Of a stretch of 17,423 nt of DNA, positions 1-8,794 are shown one piece after another. A model generated the notes under the pieces. That model was given only the letters and a program-made list of their open reading frames with translations. It was not told the DNA's origin and ran no database searches. The stretch is from an uncultured Deinococcales bacterium. GTDB lineage: Bacteria > Deinococcota > Deinococci > Deinococcales > JAAFIG01. Both the position numbers and the translations under genes were made by a program. Location of the stretch: positions 1 through 17,423 of the forward strand of contig CAXTKV010000108.1 of assembly GCA_964244895.1 (NCBI GenBank), read 5' to 3'. Position 1 is the stretch's first letter. Each line of letters opens with the position of its first letter.

Positions 1-495
1 ACGCCGCCGCCAGCTCCGGTCGTCACCACCACGCCGCCCGCCCCGACCCCGCCGGTCGATCTGACCCCGCCGCCCCCGCCGCCAGCACCCCGCGTGCCGA
101 ACTTCACCATCGGTCTGGGCGTGTCCACGCCCGTCGTGCCGAACTTCAACCTGAACAACCTGCAAGTCGCCGGTTACGTCGGATTGCGCCGCCTCGTCGG
201 GCCGATCGGTCTGCGCGCCAACTTCGATTACAACCTGACCAGCGGAACGCTCTCGCTCGGGCCTGACCTGATCTTCGAGATCGCCCCGACGAGCTTCCTC
301 GATCCGTACCTGGGTCTGGGTGCTGGCGGCGTCTTCGGCGTCCAGGACAGCCTGTTCGTGCGCGGTGTCGCCGGAATCAACCTGAACTTCAGCCCCGCCA
401 TCGGCCTGTGGCTCGAGGCCGACCCGAGGTACTTCATCCTCAACTCGACCGGCTTCACTTTCAGCGTCCGCGCTGGCCTGAAGCTTTCGCTCTGA
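1..495 (+). CDS. 3' part of an outer-membrane/S-layer-associated protein: Pro/Thr-rich linker followed by a small beta-barrel domain (5' truncated)
   Basis: Frame 1 is open from base 1 (TPPPAPVVTTTPPAPTPPVDLTPPPPPPAPRVPNFTIGLG...). Alternating hydrophobic beta-strands follow (PYLGLGAG, LWLEADPRY), ending in RAGLKLSL-stop. Confidence 0.7.
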   Translation, partial: TPPPAPVVTTTPPAPTPPVDLTPPPPPPAPRVPNFTIGLGVSTPVVPNFNLNNLQVAGYVGLRRLVGPIGLRANFDYNLTSGTLSLGPDLIFEIAPTSFLDPYLGLGAGGVFGVQDSLFVRGVAGINLNFSPAIGLWLEADPRYFILNSTGFTFSVRAGLKLSL

Positions 496-515
496 CCGAG
501 CGATAGTACGATTTA

Positions 516-556
516 CGTCCCAGACGGTGTATTTTTTGAATACACCGTCTGGGACG
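516..556. repeat. Palindromic intergenic repeat copy 1 (perfect 18-bp inverted doublet), probably also a terminator
   Basis: CGTCCCAGACGGTGTATT (516-533), loop TTTTG, AATACACCGTCTGGGACG (539-556); 20 nt after the stop codon at 495. Confidence 0.85.
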
Positions 557-636
557 CACTTTTATGGCAGAATGCAGCATTGCGCATCCTGCCATTTTCG
601 GGTTTTACATGGCGCGGATCGGGTAGGCTCGAACCC

Positions 637-1386
637 ATGAACAACCTGATCACCGTCGCCTTCGACGGTTCGCGACACGCGATCCACGCAGCGCTGCTGG
701 CCAGCGAAATCGCGTCGCGCACCGGCGCGAGGCTCGAGGCGGTCTTCGTCGAGGAACCCCACGGCCTGTTGGACGCGGTACGGCGCGCCGCGCCAGCCGC
801 GTCGCTCGCAGCCGCCCGCGCGACCTTACGAGAAATTCAGCCTGAGCTCGAGTTGCAGGTGCTGCGCGGCAAGCTCGAAGCCGAACTGATCCGCCTGTCG
901 CGCGATGTCGGTTTGCTGGCGCTCGGTTCGGCTGGACTGCGTCAGGAACGCGCCGGAGACGAGGATCAGATCGACGTGCGGGTCGCCAAAATCGTCTCGA
1001 ATGCCCACGCCCCGATCCTGATTGCCCCCGCAAAACCGCCGAGAATTCAGCGGATTCGACTGGCCTACAGCGCCCCTTCGGGCAAGGCCATCGCGGCTGC
1101 GGCGGATTTCGCGCGCGCCACCGGCTGGCCGCTCATCGTCAGCCTGTTGCCCGACGATGACGCTTCGACTGACGAGGGTGAACGCTCCGTGCACGCCCTG
1201 GAGGTGCTCGAGGATCACGGCATCACGGACGCGCTGGTGGCCTACGCGCGCGGTCGGAGTTTGCTGGAAGGACTTCGAGCCTGTGCGACCCCCGGCGACA
1301 TTCTGGTGCTGTCCGGCGAGGATTTCGGATCGCTCATACACGCGATTGGGGCGCTCGGCTTGCCGGTCATCGCCGTCGGAGAATAA
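637..1386 (+). CDS. Universal stress protein (tandem USP-like domains)
   Basis: N-terminal ITVAFDGSRHAIHA...A..IA...GARL..VFV, LLALGSAG and APILI are typical USP motifs. ATG 637 is preceded by the -10 box TAGGCT (624-629). Confidence 0.8.
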   Translation: MNNLITVAFDGSRHAIHAALLASEIASRTGARLEAVFVEEPHGLLDAVRRAAPAASLAAARATLREIQPELELQVLRGKLEAELIRLSRDVGLLALGSAGLRQERAGDEDQIDVRVAKIVSNAHAPILIAPAKPPRIQRIRLAYSAPSGKAIAAAADFARATGWPLIVSLLPDDDASTDEGERSVHALEVLEDHGITDALVAYARGRSLLEGLRACATPGDILVLSGEDFGSLIHAIGALGLPVIAVGE

Positions 1387-1520
1387 CTGGCGCGGCTCGA
1401 GGATCGTCTCGGCTTGATGGCGCGGCCTCGGTGCTCTCGGCGGTTCAGAACGAGCCGTATTCGAAAAATCACTCGAGTGCACCCGAAGCGCTCGATTCGC
1501 ACCGTGGCCTGCGCACGCCC

Positions 1521-2885
1521 TCAGGTGCGCAAACTGGAGGGCGTCTCGAGGCTGCGCCTTCCGGCGAACAACTGCACGAGCGCCTCTGAGAGCGCGTCGG
1601 GTTCGTGTTGACCGCCGCCGGAGTCCGTCAGGTGCGCGCCTCGAAGTTGAATTCCGGCAGCCCGGAACGCGGCAGCGTCCACGATGGCGGGTTCGGCCTC
1701 TTCGGCGCGGTAGCGTTCCAAGGTCGCGTTTGAAATCGGCGCGGTGTTGACCAGCACCACATCCGGCCTGCGGCCCAGGTGGGACTCGAGCGCCCTGACG
1801 TGATCCAGAGCGCTCATGCCGTCCGTCTCTCCGGCTTCCGTCATGATGTTGACCACGTAGACGAGCTTCGCGGACGACCCGCAGATGGCCGCCCCGACCT
1901 CCGGCACGAGCAACGGCGGAATCACGCTCGAGTACAGGCTGCCGGGGCCGACCACGATCAACTCCGCGTCCCGAATCGCGCCCAGCGCTTGCGGCATGGC
2001 GGGCAGGGCGGGCGGGTCGAGCTTTAAGCGCTGAATGCGGCTGCGGCTGGCGCGGTCGCGCAGGTTGCTCTCGCCGACGACGCGGGTTCCATCCTCGAGT
2101 TCCGCGACCAGCACGGCGGCGGCGCTGGTCGCGGGAATCACCTGCCCGCGCACCTGAAGGATCGTGTTGACCGCCAACGTCGCCTCGGCGAAATCGCCGC
2201 GCTCTTCACTGAGCGTCGCCAGCAGCAGGTTGCCGAAGGTATGCCCCTCGAGCCCCTCGCCGCGCGCGAAACGGTGCGTCAGCAAACTGGCCAGCAAGGG
2301 CGATTCGGAGAGCGCCGCGTAACAATCCGTCAGATCGCCCGGCGCGGGCATGCCGAGCGCCTCGCGCAAGCGCCCGCTCGAGCCGCCGTCGTCGGTCACG
2401 GCCACGATGGCCGTTAGGTTGGAAGAAAAGCGCTTCAGGCCAAAGAGCAGGTTTGAAAGCCCCGTTCCACCGCCGATGGCGACGATGCGCGCCCCACGGC
2501 TGAGGTTGCGCCTGGAATAAATCGTGTCGAGCGTCTCGAGCGGTTGGGCTCCGATGGCCCGCAGGATCGAACGGTTCAGACCGACGATGCCCGTCCAGAC
2601 CACGCCGACGCCCGCGACCAACAGTAGCGCGCCCGTGATCCAGCTCGGCCAGCGACCCGGAATCAGGCTGCCGACGCTCTCGGTGACTTCCGCAAAAAAC
2701 GCCCGCCACGGCCCGACGCGACCGAAGTGAAAGAAGCCGATCATCAACGAGGCCAACCCGACCGCGATCAAGGCGGCGTACCGTTTGACGCCCATCCCCG
2801 GCACCAGCCAGCGCCAACGCTCGAGCACCCGACCGAGCTTGGTGCTGCGGTCGAGGACCGGCAAGACCAGCGCGCGGCGGGCCAT
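1521..2885 (-). CDS. yvcK: YvcK/GlmR family UDP-GlcNAc-binding gluconeogenesis factor, long form with N-terminal transmembrane segments
   Basis: Motifs IVAIGGGTGLS, VTDDGGSSGRLR, PGD, GHTFGNL, GPGSLYSS, NIMTEAGET. ATG at 2885 overlaps the rapZ stop (TGATG). Confidence 0.92.
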   Translation of the reverse strand: MARRALVLPVLDRSTKLGRVLERWRWLVPGMGVKRYAALIAVGLASLMIGFFHFGRVGPWRAFFAEVTESVGSLIPGRWPSWITGALLLVAGVGVVWTGIVGLNRSILRAIGAQPLETLDTIYSRRNLSRGARIVAIGGGTGLSNLLFGLKRFSSNLTAIVAVTDDGGSSGRLREALGMPAPGDLTDCYAALSESPLLASLLTHRFARGEGLEGHTFGNLLLATLSEERGDFAEATLAVNTILQVRGQVIPATSAAAVLVAELEDGTRVVGESNLRDRASRSRIQRLKLDPPALPAMPQALGAIRDAELIVVGPGSLYSSVIPPLLVPEVGAAICGSSAKLVYVVNIMTEAGETDGMSALDHVRALESHLGRRPDVVLVNTAPISNATLERYRAEEAEPAIVDAAAFRAAGIQLRGAHLTDSGGGQHEPDALSEALVQLFAGRRSLETPSSLRT

Positions 2886-3724
2886 CAGGGGCCACCCTCG
2901 CCCTTCTCGATATCGCGGTGATCCGTCAGCACTGTACCGAAACGTGAGAGGTCGAGCGCCAGGGCCTCGACGACCGCGACGCTGCGGTGTCGCCCACCGG
3001 TGCACCCGATCGCGACCGTGTAGCTCGAGCGACCCGCGTGAACCGCGAGCGCCAGCGTGGCCATCACGAACGATTTCAGGTCGTGATAGTACGCGTTGCC
3101 CTCGCTCGAGAAGACGTGATCGCGCACGTCGGATTCCAGACCGGACTTGGCGCGCAAGGATTCCACCCAGTACGGGTTGGGCAGCCCGCGCACGTCCAGC
3201 ACCATGTCCGCATCGCGCGGCGCGCCGTGCTTGAAGCCGAAGGAAAACAAGCGCACCGTGAACGCCGCGCTGCTGGAAAAAAGCTTCCTGAGTTCATCCA
3301 CCAGGTCTTTCGGGGCGTAATGCGACGTGTCCAAAACCACGCTCGAGATCGCGCGGAAGGGCTCCAGCACGGTGCGTTCCTCGCGAATATCGACCAGCAG
3401 GGAACTCGCGTGGATCGGGTGCGAACGCCGCGTCAGGCCGTAACGCCGGATCAGGATGTCGTCGTCCGCGTCCAGGTACACGACTTCCGGGCGCACTTCC
3501 AATGCCCGCACGAACTCCGGGATGTCCTCCAGAAATTCCCTGGTGCGCGCGTCCGTCACGACCGCCAGCTTCATCACGCCGCGCGACTGGCACAACGCCA
3601 GCGTTTCCCGCCAGAGTTGCGGCGGCAGGTTGTCCACGGTGAAGAACCCGAATTCTTCCAGGGCGTGCAGCGCGGTCATCTTGCCCGCACCGGAGAGTCC
3701 CGTCACGATCACGAAGCGTTCCAT
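2885..3724 (-). CDS. rapZ: RNase adapter RapZ (YvcJ) P-loop protein
   Basis: Motifs VTGLSGAGK, VDNLPP, TRRSHP, SFGFKHG, DVRGLPNPYW, AIGCTGGRHRSV. Confidence 0.95.
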   Translation of the reverse strand: MERFVIVTGLSGAGKMTALHALEEFGFFTVDNLPPQLWRETLALCQSRGVMKLAVVTDARTREFLEDIPEFVRALEVRPEVVYLDADDDILIRRYGLTRRSHPIHASSLLVDIREERTVLEPFRAISSVVLDTSHYAPKDLVDELRKLFSSSAAFTVRLFSFGFKHGAPRDADMVLDVRGLPNPYWVESLRAKSGLESDVRDHVFSSEGNAYYHDLKSFVMATLALAVHAGRSSYTVAIGCTGGRHRSVAVVEALALDLSRFGTVLTDHRDIEKGEGGP

Positions 3725-3833
3725 CAGTCACGAGTCTATCGAAATACGCCTCGGAGCGCCGTGCGATCCGTGCGCGGCCCGTGGTGCCCTCGCGTTCGAA
3801 GCGACTTGAGTCGGTTGGCTGCGGTTGGCGTGC

Positions 3834-3863
3834 AAAAAAACCGTCCCAGACGCAAAGGGACGG
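3834..3863 (-). terminator. Intrinsic terminator on the minus strand, built from a repeat-family unit
   Basis: Minus strand reads CCGTCCC-TTTGCGTCT-GGGACGG followed by T7. Confidence 0.65.
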
Positions 3864-4019
3864 GGCTCCCATCAATTGATCTCATCTGGGACGATCTTTG
3901 CCTCGCGTCACAATGATCGACTGCGAGGCGTCTCGAGCACGGCAGCTTGCAAACCTGCCCCCACGAGATTCCGTGCCCTGGGGGGCGACGGCTCGAGCAA
4001 CTCAAGATTCAACACCATG

Positions 4020-4069
4020 GGAACACCGTCCAGCACACACATTCTTATTCGCGCGCAGGACGGTGTTCC
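4020..4069. repeat. Palindromic intergenic repeat (inverted doublet)
   Basis: GGAACACCGTCC (4020-4031) ... GGACGGTGTTCC (4058-4069), abutting the stop codon at 4072. Confidence 0.85.
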
Positions 4070-4071
4070 GG

Positions 4072-5130
4072 TCAACCCAATTCCAGGCTGGAGGCGTCAG
4101 AGAGGATCAAACGGTGCACCTTCGGGATGCGTTCGTGACCCTTGACGGTGGCGCGGCGACCGATCAGGCATTCTTGAAGGCGCACCGGAATTTCTTCCAG
4201 CACCGCCTCCTCTTCGATCACGCTGAACTCGAGTTCTACCTTCTTCAAGCGGGCGTTCGCGCCGATGCTGGTGAACGGCCCGACGTACACTCCTTCCAGC
4301 ACCGCTCCGGGGCCGATCAGGGCTGGCCCGATGATCGTCGAATCGCGCACGATCGCGCCCTCGTCGATGCGCACCCGCCCGACCAGCCTCGAGTTGATGG
4401 ATTCGCCCTTAACGACGGGTTCGATGCCTTCCAAAATCAGGCGGTTCGCGTCCAGCAGATCAGCCGGGCGCCCGGTGTCCTTCCACCAGCCTTCGACCTC
4501 GACACCGCGCACGACGCCGTCCTGCATCAGTCCGGTGATCGCGTCGGTGATCTCGTACTCGCCGCGAGCGGACGGTTTCAGGTCCGCGATCACGTCCAGA
4601 ATTCGATTCTTGAAGCAGTAAATGCCCGCCACGGCCAGGTCGGACGGCGGCTCTTTGGGCTTCTCCACCAGTTTCACGATCCGACCAGAGTCGTCCAGCA
4701 CGGCCACACCGAACTCGCGCGGGTTGGCCACGCGCACCAGCCCGATGACCGCATCGCAGGGGTTCTGCGAGAAATCCTCGACGTAACGCCGCACGCCCGT
4801 CTCGAATAAATTGTCCGCCAGGTAAACGCAAAAATCCTGGCCATCCAGCCATTCTCTGGCCTGCCCGACGGCGTGCGCGATGCCGAGCTGGTCTTTTTGG
4901 AGGATCAGTTTGAGGCTCACACCCGGAATCTCGAGCCCTTCGGATTCGAGCGCGGCCCGCACGGGTTCGGAGACGATCAATCCGATATCGGTGATGCCCG
5001 CATCGCGCAGGTTCTCGATGGCGTAGGCGATGATCGGCTTGTTGGCCACGTTCAAGAGCGGTTTTGGGCGGGTGTACGTCAGTGGTCGCAGGCGCGTCCC
5101 CAGGCCCGCCGCCGGAATCAATCCCTTCAT
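4072..5130 (-). CDS. Glucose-1-phosphate thymidylyltransferase, long form with left-handed beta-helix C-terminus
   Basis: MKGLIPAAGLGTRLRPLTYTRPKPL, LVEKPKEPPSDLA, PSARGEYEITDAI, WWKDTG, plus hexapeptide repeats. SD GAGGTG precedes ATG 5130. Confidence 0.9.
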   Translation of the reverse strand: MKGLIPAAGLGTRLRPLTYTRPKPLLNVANKPIIAYAIENLRDAGITDIGLIVSEPVRAALESEGLEIPGVSLKLILQKDQLGIAHAVGQAREWLDGQDFCVYLADNLFETGVRRYVEDFSQNPCDAVIGLVRVANPREFGVAVLDDSGRIVKLVEKPKEPPSDLAVAGIYCFKNRILDVIADLKPSARGEYEITDAITGLMQDGVVRGVEVEGWWKDTGRPADLLDANRLILEGIEPVVKGESINSRLVGRVRIDEGAIVRDSTIIGPALIGPGAVLEGVYVGPFTSIGANARLKKVELEFSVIEEEAVLEEIPVRLQECLIGRRATVKGHERIPKVHRLILSDASSLELG

Positions 5131-5139
5131 GCTCACCTC

Positions 5140-5169
5140 GTGTTCGTTCTGAACTGTGTTCGTTCTGAA
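5140..5169. repeat. 14-bp direct repeat in the leader of the thymidylyltransferase gene
   Basis: GTGTTCGTTCTGAA at 5140-5153 and 5156-5169. Confidence 0.8.
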
Positions 5170-5386
5170 ATCCCGACGTAGCTCCGCGCACAGTCGGTTG
5201 TCGACTCGCTTTTGATTCCTCGAAAACGAACCGTCTCGGGCTCGAGATCGGCGTTTCGGCTTCAGAATCGCACGTTCAGATGAAGCTAGCACGCGATATC
5301 AAAGCCACCCGCCGGAAATCCTCACGTGAAGCCGTCAGCCGCAAGCCGCGAGCGAGATCGCCGCAAGCGGGGCGCTCGAGGCGAAA

Positions 5387-5980
5387 TTACAACTTCTTCG
5401 GGCTGCGCAACACCTGAAGGCCGCGCAACAGCATGGCTGCAGCCATCAGCAAAAGCGGCCAGACGACGGCACCGTAACGCCACCAGGAGAGCGCGATACC
5501 GATCGGCAAAACGGTGCCGCCCGCGAAGGGTTGAGCGTTCAGTCGAACGAAGCGTTTGAGCTTGAACAGCCTGTGCAATCCCATCAACGCGAAACCGAGC
5601 GCGACGCACGGCAGGATCACGACGGGCGAGATCGCCAGCATCGCGCCGAACATCGGTACCAGCCCCTGACCGCCGTTGAACCCGAAAAACACCGGCCAGC
5701 AGTGACCGAGAACCACCATCGACGGCACGAACCAGACCAACTCAGGCGCGAGCATCCGCACCACCCAGACGGCCAGCGCACCTTTGCCCAGATCCAACGC
5801 GATGATCAGCGCGCCCACGCCCCAACCGAATTGCCGGATCATGCCGGACGCGCCCGGCGCGTCGCTGCCGCGCACATCGCGGCCCAGGAATCTGGAGATC
5901 AGCACCCCAAAGGACACCGACCCGATCAGGTACGCCAGCACCAGCGAGACGACGCCGAGGAATACCGGATTCTGGATCAC
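5387..5980 (-). CDS. PlsY-like glycerol-3-phosphate acyltransferase family membrane protein (divergent)
   Basis: AYLIGSVSFG, DLGKG and GHCWPVFFGFNGGQG motifs with multiple TM helices. GTG 5980 lies 6 nt after the -10 box TACAAT. Confidence 0.8.
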   Translation of the reverse strand: MIQNPVFLGVVSLVLAYLIGSVSFGVLISRFLGRDVRGSDAPGASGMIRQFGWGVGALIIALDLGKGALAVWVVRMLAPELVWFVPSMVVLGHCWPVFFGFNGGQGLVPMFGAMLAISPVVILPCVALGFALMGLHRLFKLKRFVRLNAQPFAGGTVLPIGIALSWWRYGAVVWPLLLMAAAMLLRGLQVLRSPKKL

Positions 5981-6188
5981 ACCCCGATTGTACAGAGCGT
6001 CCCGAAGCTGAGCCTCGTGCCGCCTTCGGTGCGCTCGATTTGCGCTCGCAACCTGAGCCGAATGAAGCCGCGCCATCATCCGGGACACACCGCGCGATGT
6101 CAGGCTCGAGAAAAGTTGGGCTCGAGCGCAGCGTCGCGAGCAAAGCCTCGAGCCGTGCGGCTCGCCTCGGGCTGAAGGGAGAATCGAG

Positions 6189-6563
6189 TTGAAGCCAAAG
6201 CACTTCTTGATCGGTGCGTTTGCGGCGGGCGGATTGTTCTTCTTGCTGAACGCCTGCAACGCGCCCATTCCGACCGTCGCGGCCTGCACGGCCACGATTC
6301 AGGCGCAATCTCAGGATAACGCTAAGGGCCTGAAAAACGCGTACCTGCCCGCCGCTTGCACCCTGAAGTTGAACGGCAGCCCGAAAACCGTCACGATCCA
6401 GGGTTCGTTTCAGCATCCGTTCAGCACCTCGAGCGGTTCCTGGCCGACCTTGAGCGCCAGCAGCACGAGCGATCAAGTCGTGACCTTCACCAAGCCCGGC
6501 AGTTACGGTTTCATCTGCGGCAACCACACCGAGATGGTCGGCGTGATCAATGTCGAAAACTAG
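6189..6563 (+). CDS. Cupredoxin (blue copper) lipoprotein A
   Basis: Lipobox LNAC. Type-1 Cu ligands H (QHPF) and C-x2-H-x2-M (FTKPGSYGFICGNHTEMVGVINV). TTG start after AAGGGAG. Confidence 0.8.
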   Translation: MKPKHFLIGAFAAGGLFFLLNACNAPIPTVAACTATIQAQSQDNAKGLKNAYLPAACTLKLNGSPKTVTIQGSFQHPFSTSSGSWPTLSASSTSDQVVTFTKPGSYGFICGNHTEMVGVINVEN

Positions 6564-6613
6564 GGATCACCGCGGGGCGCGACGATGGTTTACTCGAGGT
6601 GAAGGGGGTCATC

Positions 6614-6988
6614 ATGAATATCAAGCAGATTGGAGTGGGCACCGCGACGGTCGCGGGATTGTTTTTCTTGTTGAACGCGTGCGGTAGTGCGCCCGTCACA
6701 CCACCCGCAGCCACCGCCTGCGGGACAAAGATTGCGGCTGGTACCGCCGCCGCGAACGTGTACGTCCCGGCGGACTGCCAGATCACGCTGGGCGGATCGT
6801 CGAAAACGCTCACGATCGAGGGATCTGCCGTGCACCCGTTGGATTCGGTCTCGAGCAACTGGCCGAGCGCGATTGCCGCAGCGCAAACGGATCAGGCCGT
6901 CACTTTCACGGCAGCCGGGGTCTACACCTTCAAGTGCCACGTTCACGGTGGATTCGGCATGACGGGCAAAATCACCGTGGTGAACTAG
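6614..6988 (+). CDS. Cupredoxin (blue copper) lipoprotein B, paralog of A
   Basis: Lipobox LNAC. Ligands H (VHPL) and C-x2-H-x4-M (FTAAGVYTFKCHVHGGFGMTGKITV). ATG 6614 after AAGGGGG. Confidence 0.85.
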   Translation: MNIKQIGVGTATVAGLFFLLNACGSAPVTPPAATACGTKIAAGTAAANVYVPADCQITLGGSSKTLTIEGSAVHPLDSVSSNWPSAIAAAQTDQAVTFTAAGVYTFKCHVHGGFGMTGKITVVN

Positions 6989-7047
6989 AACACCGTCCGG
7001 GACGCGTATTTTAAATCTCGAGAAACACCGTCCTGGACGGTGTTTCT
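6988..7047. repeat. Palindromic intergenic repeats: a half unit plus a perfect 27-nt palindrome
   Basis: GAACACCGTCCGGGACGCG (6988-7006); AGAAACACCGTCC-T-GGACGGTGTTTCT (7021-7047). Confidence 0.9.
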
Positions 7048-7095
7048 TATTTTTGAACGACCTTGCCATCCTCGCCAGAAGGGTAGTATGACCGG

Positions 7096-8688
7096 ATGCG
7101 CGCGCTCAAGCCAGACCGGACCATCGTTCAGTCCAACATCATCACGCTCGATCCGGGCGCAGCTCGAGCCGAGGCCGCGCTGTGCGAGAGCGGTACGATT
7201 CTGGCGGTCGGAGGCTTTCAGGAAATCCGGGCGCTCGAGCCCGCTGCAACCATTCTGGACAGGCGCGGGCGCAGCCTGACACCCGGATTGACGGACGCGC
7301 ACATTCATCTGGTCGGGTACGGGTTCTCGCTCTCGAACGTGAATCTGGAAGGCACGCAAAGCGTGGCGGAGGCCGTAGGGCGCATCCAGGAGCGCGCGGC
7401 GAGAACACCGCCCGGCGCGTGGTTGCTCGGCTCTGGCTTTGACCGCAGCCGATGGGGGCTCGAGGGTTATCCAACGGCGTCCTGGCTCGACGCGATCGCA
7501 CCCGACCGACCCGTCGCGATCCGATCCCGCGACGGTCACAGCCTGTGGGTCAACACGAACGTCATGCGGATCGCCGGGATCGACGCCAGCACACCCGACC
7601 CAGACGGTGGTCTGATCGTCCGCGACGAGCGTGGCGACCCAACTGGCACGCTCCTGGAAAACGCCATGAACCTGGTCAAGCGCGTCATCCCCGATCCGCC
7701 CTTCGAAACCGTCCTGGAGGCCGCCCGCGCGGGGGCGAACGACATGGCCTCGCGCGGCTTCACGGCGGTTCACACGATGGCGCTCGAACCACCGGAGTAC
7801 CTGCGGGCCGTAATGGAACTCGAGGCTCGCGGTCAGCTGCCGTTGCGCGTCTGGGCCTGCGTGCCGCACGCGCAACTCGAGAACATCGCCGCAGCGGGGT
7901 TGCGCGGCGGGGCGCGCACGGGCTCGAGGCGCGATTTCGCGCGGGTCGAGATCGCGGGCATCAAGTTCTTCACCGATGGCGCGCTCGGCTCGCGCACCGC
8001 CTGGATGCTCGATCCCTACGATGGCTACCCATCGCAGACGGGCGTGATGGTGGATTCACCGCAGACGATCCTGGAGCGCGGGCGCTGGGCGCTCGAGCTG
8101 GGCTTCTCGCCGGTGGTTCACGCCATCGGGGATCGCGCCAACCGCGAGGTGCTGAACGTGTTCCAGGAACTCAAACCCCTGGCGGACGCGCGCGGCATCC
8201 GCTTGCGTTTGGAGCACGCGCAGCACCTGCACCCGGACGACATCTCGCGCTTCGGCGAGTTGGGCATCGTCGCCAGCGTGCAACCGATCCACGTGCCCGG
8301 CGATGTGCTGAACATCGAGCGGTTGCTCGGCCCGGAGCGCGCCGCCAGCACCTACGCCTTCCGCAGCCTGATCCAGTCTGGCGCGACGCTGGCGCTCGGA
8401 TCGGACGCCGCGGTCGCCACGCCCGACCCGATTCAGGGCTTCCGGGCCGCCGTCGAGCGCCTGGATCTGAACGGTGACCCGTGGCGGGCTGAACAGGCCC
8501 TGACCCGCGCCGAGACGCTGGCCGGGTACACGACCGGCGCGGCGATGGCGGCGGGTTGGGAGGGCTGGTACGGGCAGGTCTCGCCCGGTTACGCGGCAGA
8601 TTTCACCGTCTGGGACGCCGACCCGACGCTCGAGCCCGCGAAGCCCATCGAGGCTTTGCGCATCACGCCGTCGGGTCATTCCGTATAG
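7096..8688 (+). CDS. YtcJ-like metal-dependent amidohydrolase (Amidohydro_3)
   Basis: Motifs PGLTDAHIH, DGHSLWVN, IKFFTDGALGSRTA, HAIGDRA, RLEHAQ, GSDA, ADFTV. -10 box TAGTAT 6 nt before the ATG. Confidence 0.9.
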   Translation: MRALKPDRTIVQSNIITLDPGAARAEAALCESGTILAVGGFQEIRALEPAATILDRRGRSLTPGLTDAHIHLVGYGFSLSNVNLEGTQSVAEAVGRIQERAARTPPGAWLLGSGFDRSRWGLEGYPTASWLDAIAPDRPVAIRSRDGHSLWVNTNVMRIAGIDASTPDPDGGLIVRDERGDPTGTLLENAMNLVKRVIPDPPFETVLEAARAGANDMASRGFTAVHTMALEPPEYLRAVMELEARGQLPLRVWACVPHAQLENIAAAGLRGGARTGSRRDFARVEIAGIKFFTDGALGSRTAWMLDPYDGYPSQTGVMVDSPQTILERGRWALELGFSPVVHAIGDRANREVLNVFQELKPLADARGIRLRLEHAQHLHPDDISRFGELGIVASVQPIHVPGDVLNIERLLGPERAASTYAFRSLIQSGATLALGSDAAVATPDPIQGFRAAVERLDLNGDPWRAEQALTRAETLAGYTTGAAMAAGWEGWYGQVSPGYAADFTVWDADPTLEPAKPIEALRITPSGHSV

Positions 8689-8695
8689 CCTTCAG

Positions 8696-8749
8696 AGAAC
8701 ATCGTCCTGAACGGTGTTCTGTGATCCCATCGAGGCTCGTCCCGGACGG
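8696..8749. repeat. Palindromic intergenic repeat (degenerate full unit plus a core unit)
   Basis: AGAACATCGTCC-T-GAACGGTGTTCT (8696-8720); CGTCCCGGACGG (8738-8749). Confidence 0.75.
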
Positions 8750-8794
8750 CTTTTCAGGCGTGCATTCCGGCTGGCGGGTCGTATACTCTGGCTC

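Noticed and set aside
513..529. TTACGTCCCAGACGGTG as a Deinococcus radiation/desiccation response motif (RDRM)
   Set aside because: The right half does not match the palindromic consensus, and the sequence is explained by the repeat family.
2987..4809. Long + strand ORFs 2987-3916 and 3898-4809
   Set aside because: Antisense to rapZ and the thymidylyltransferase gene, and they cross terminator and repeat DNA.
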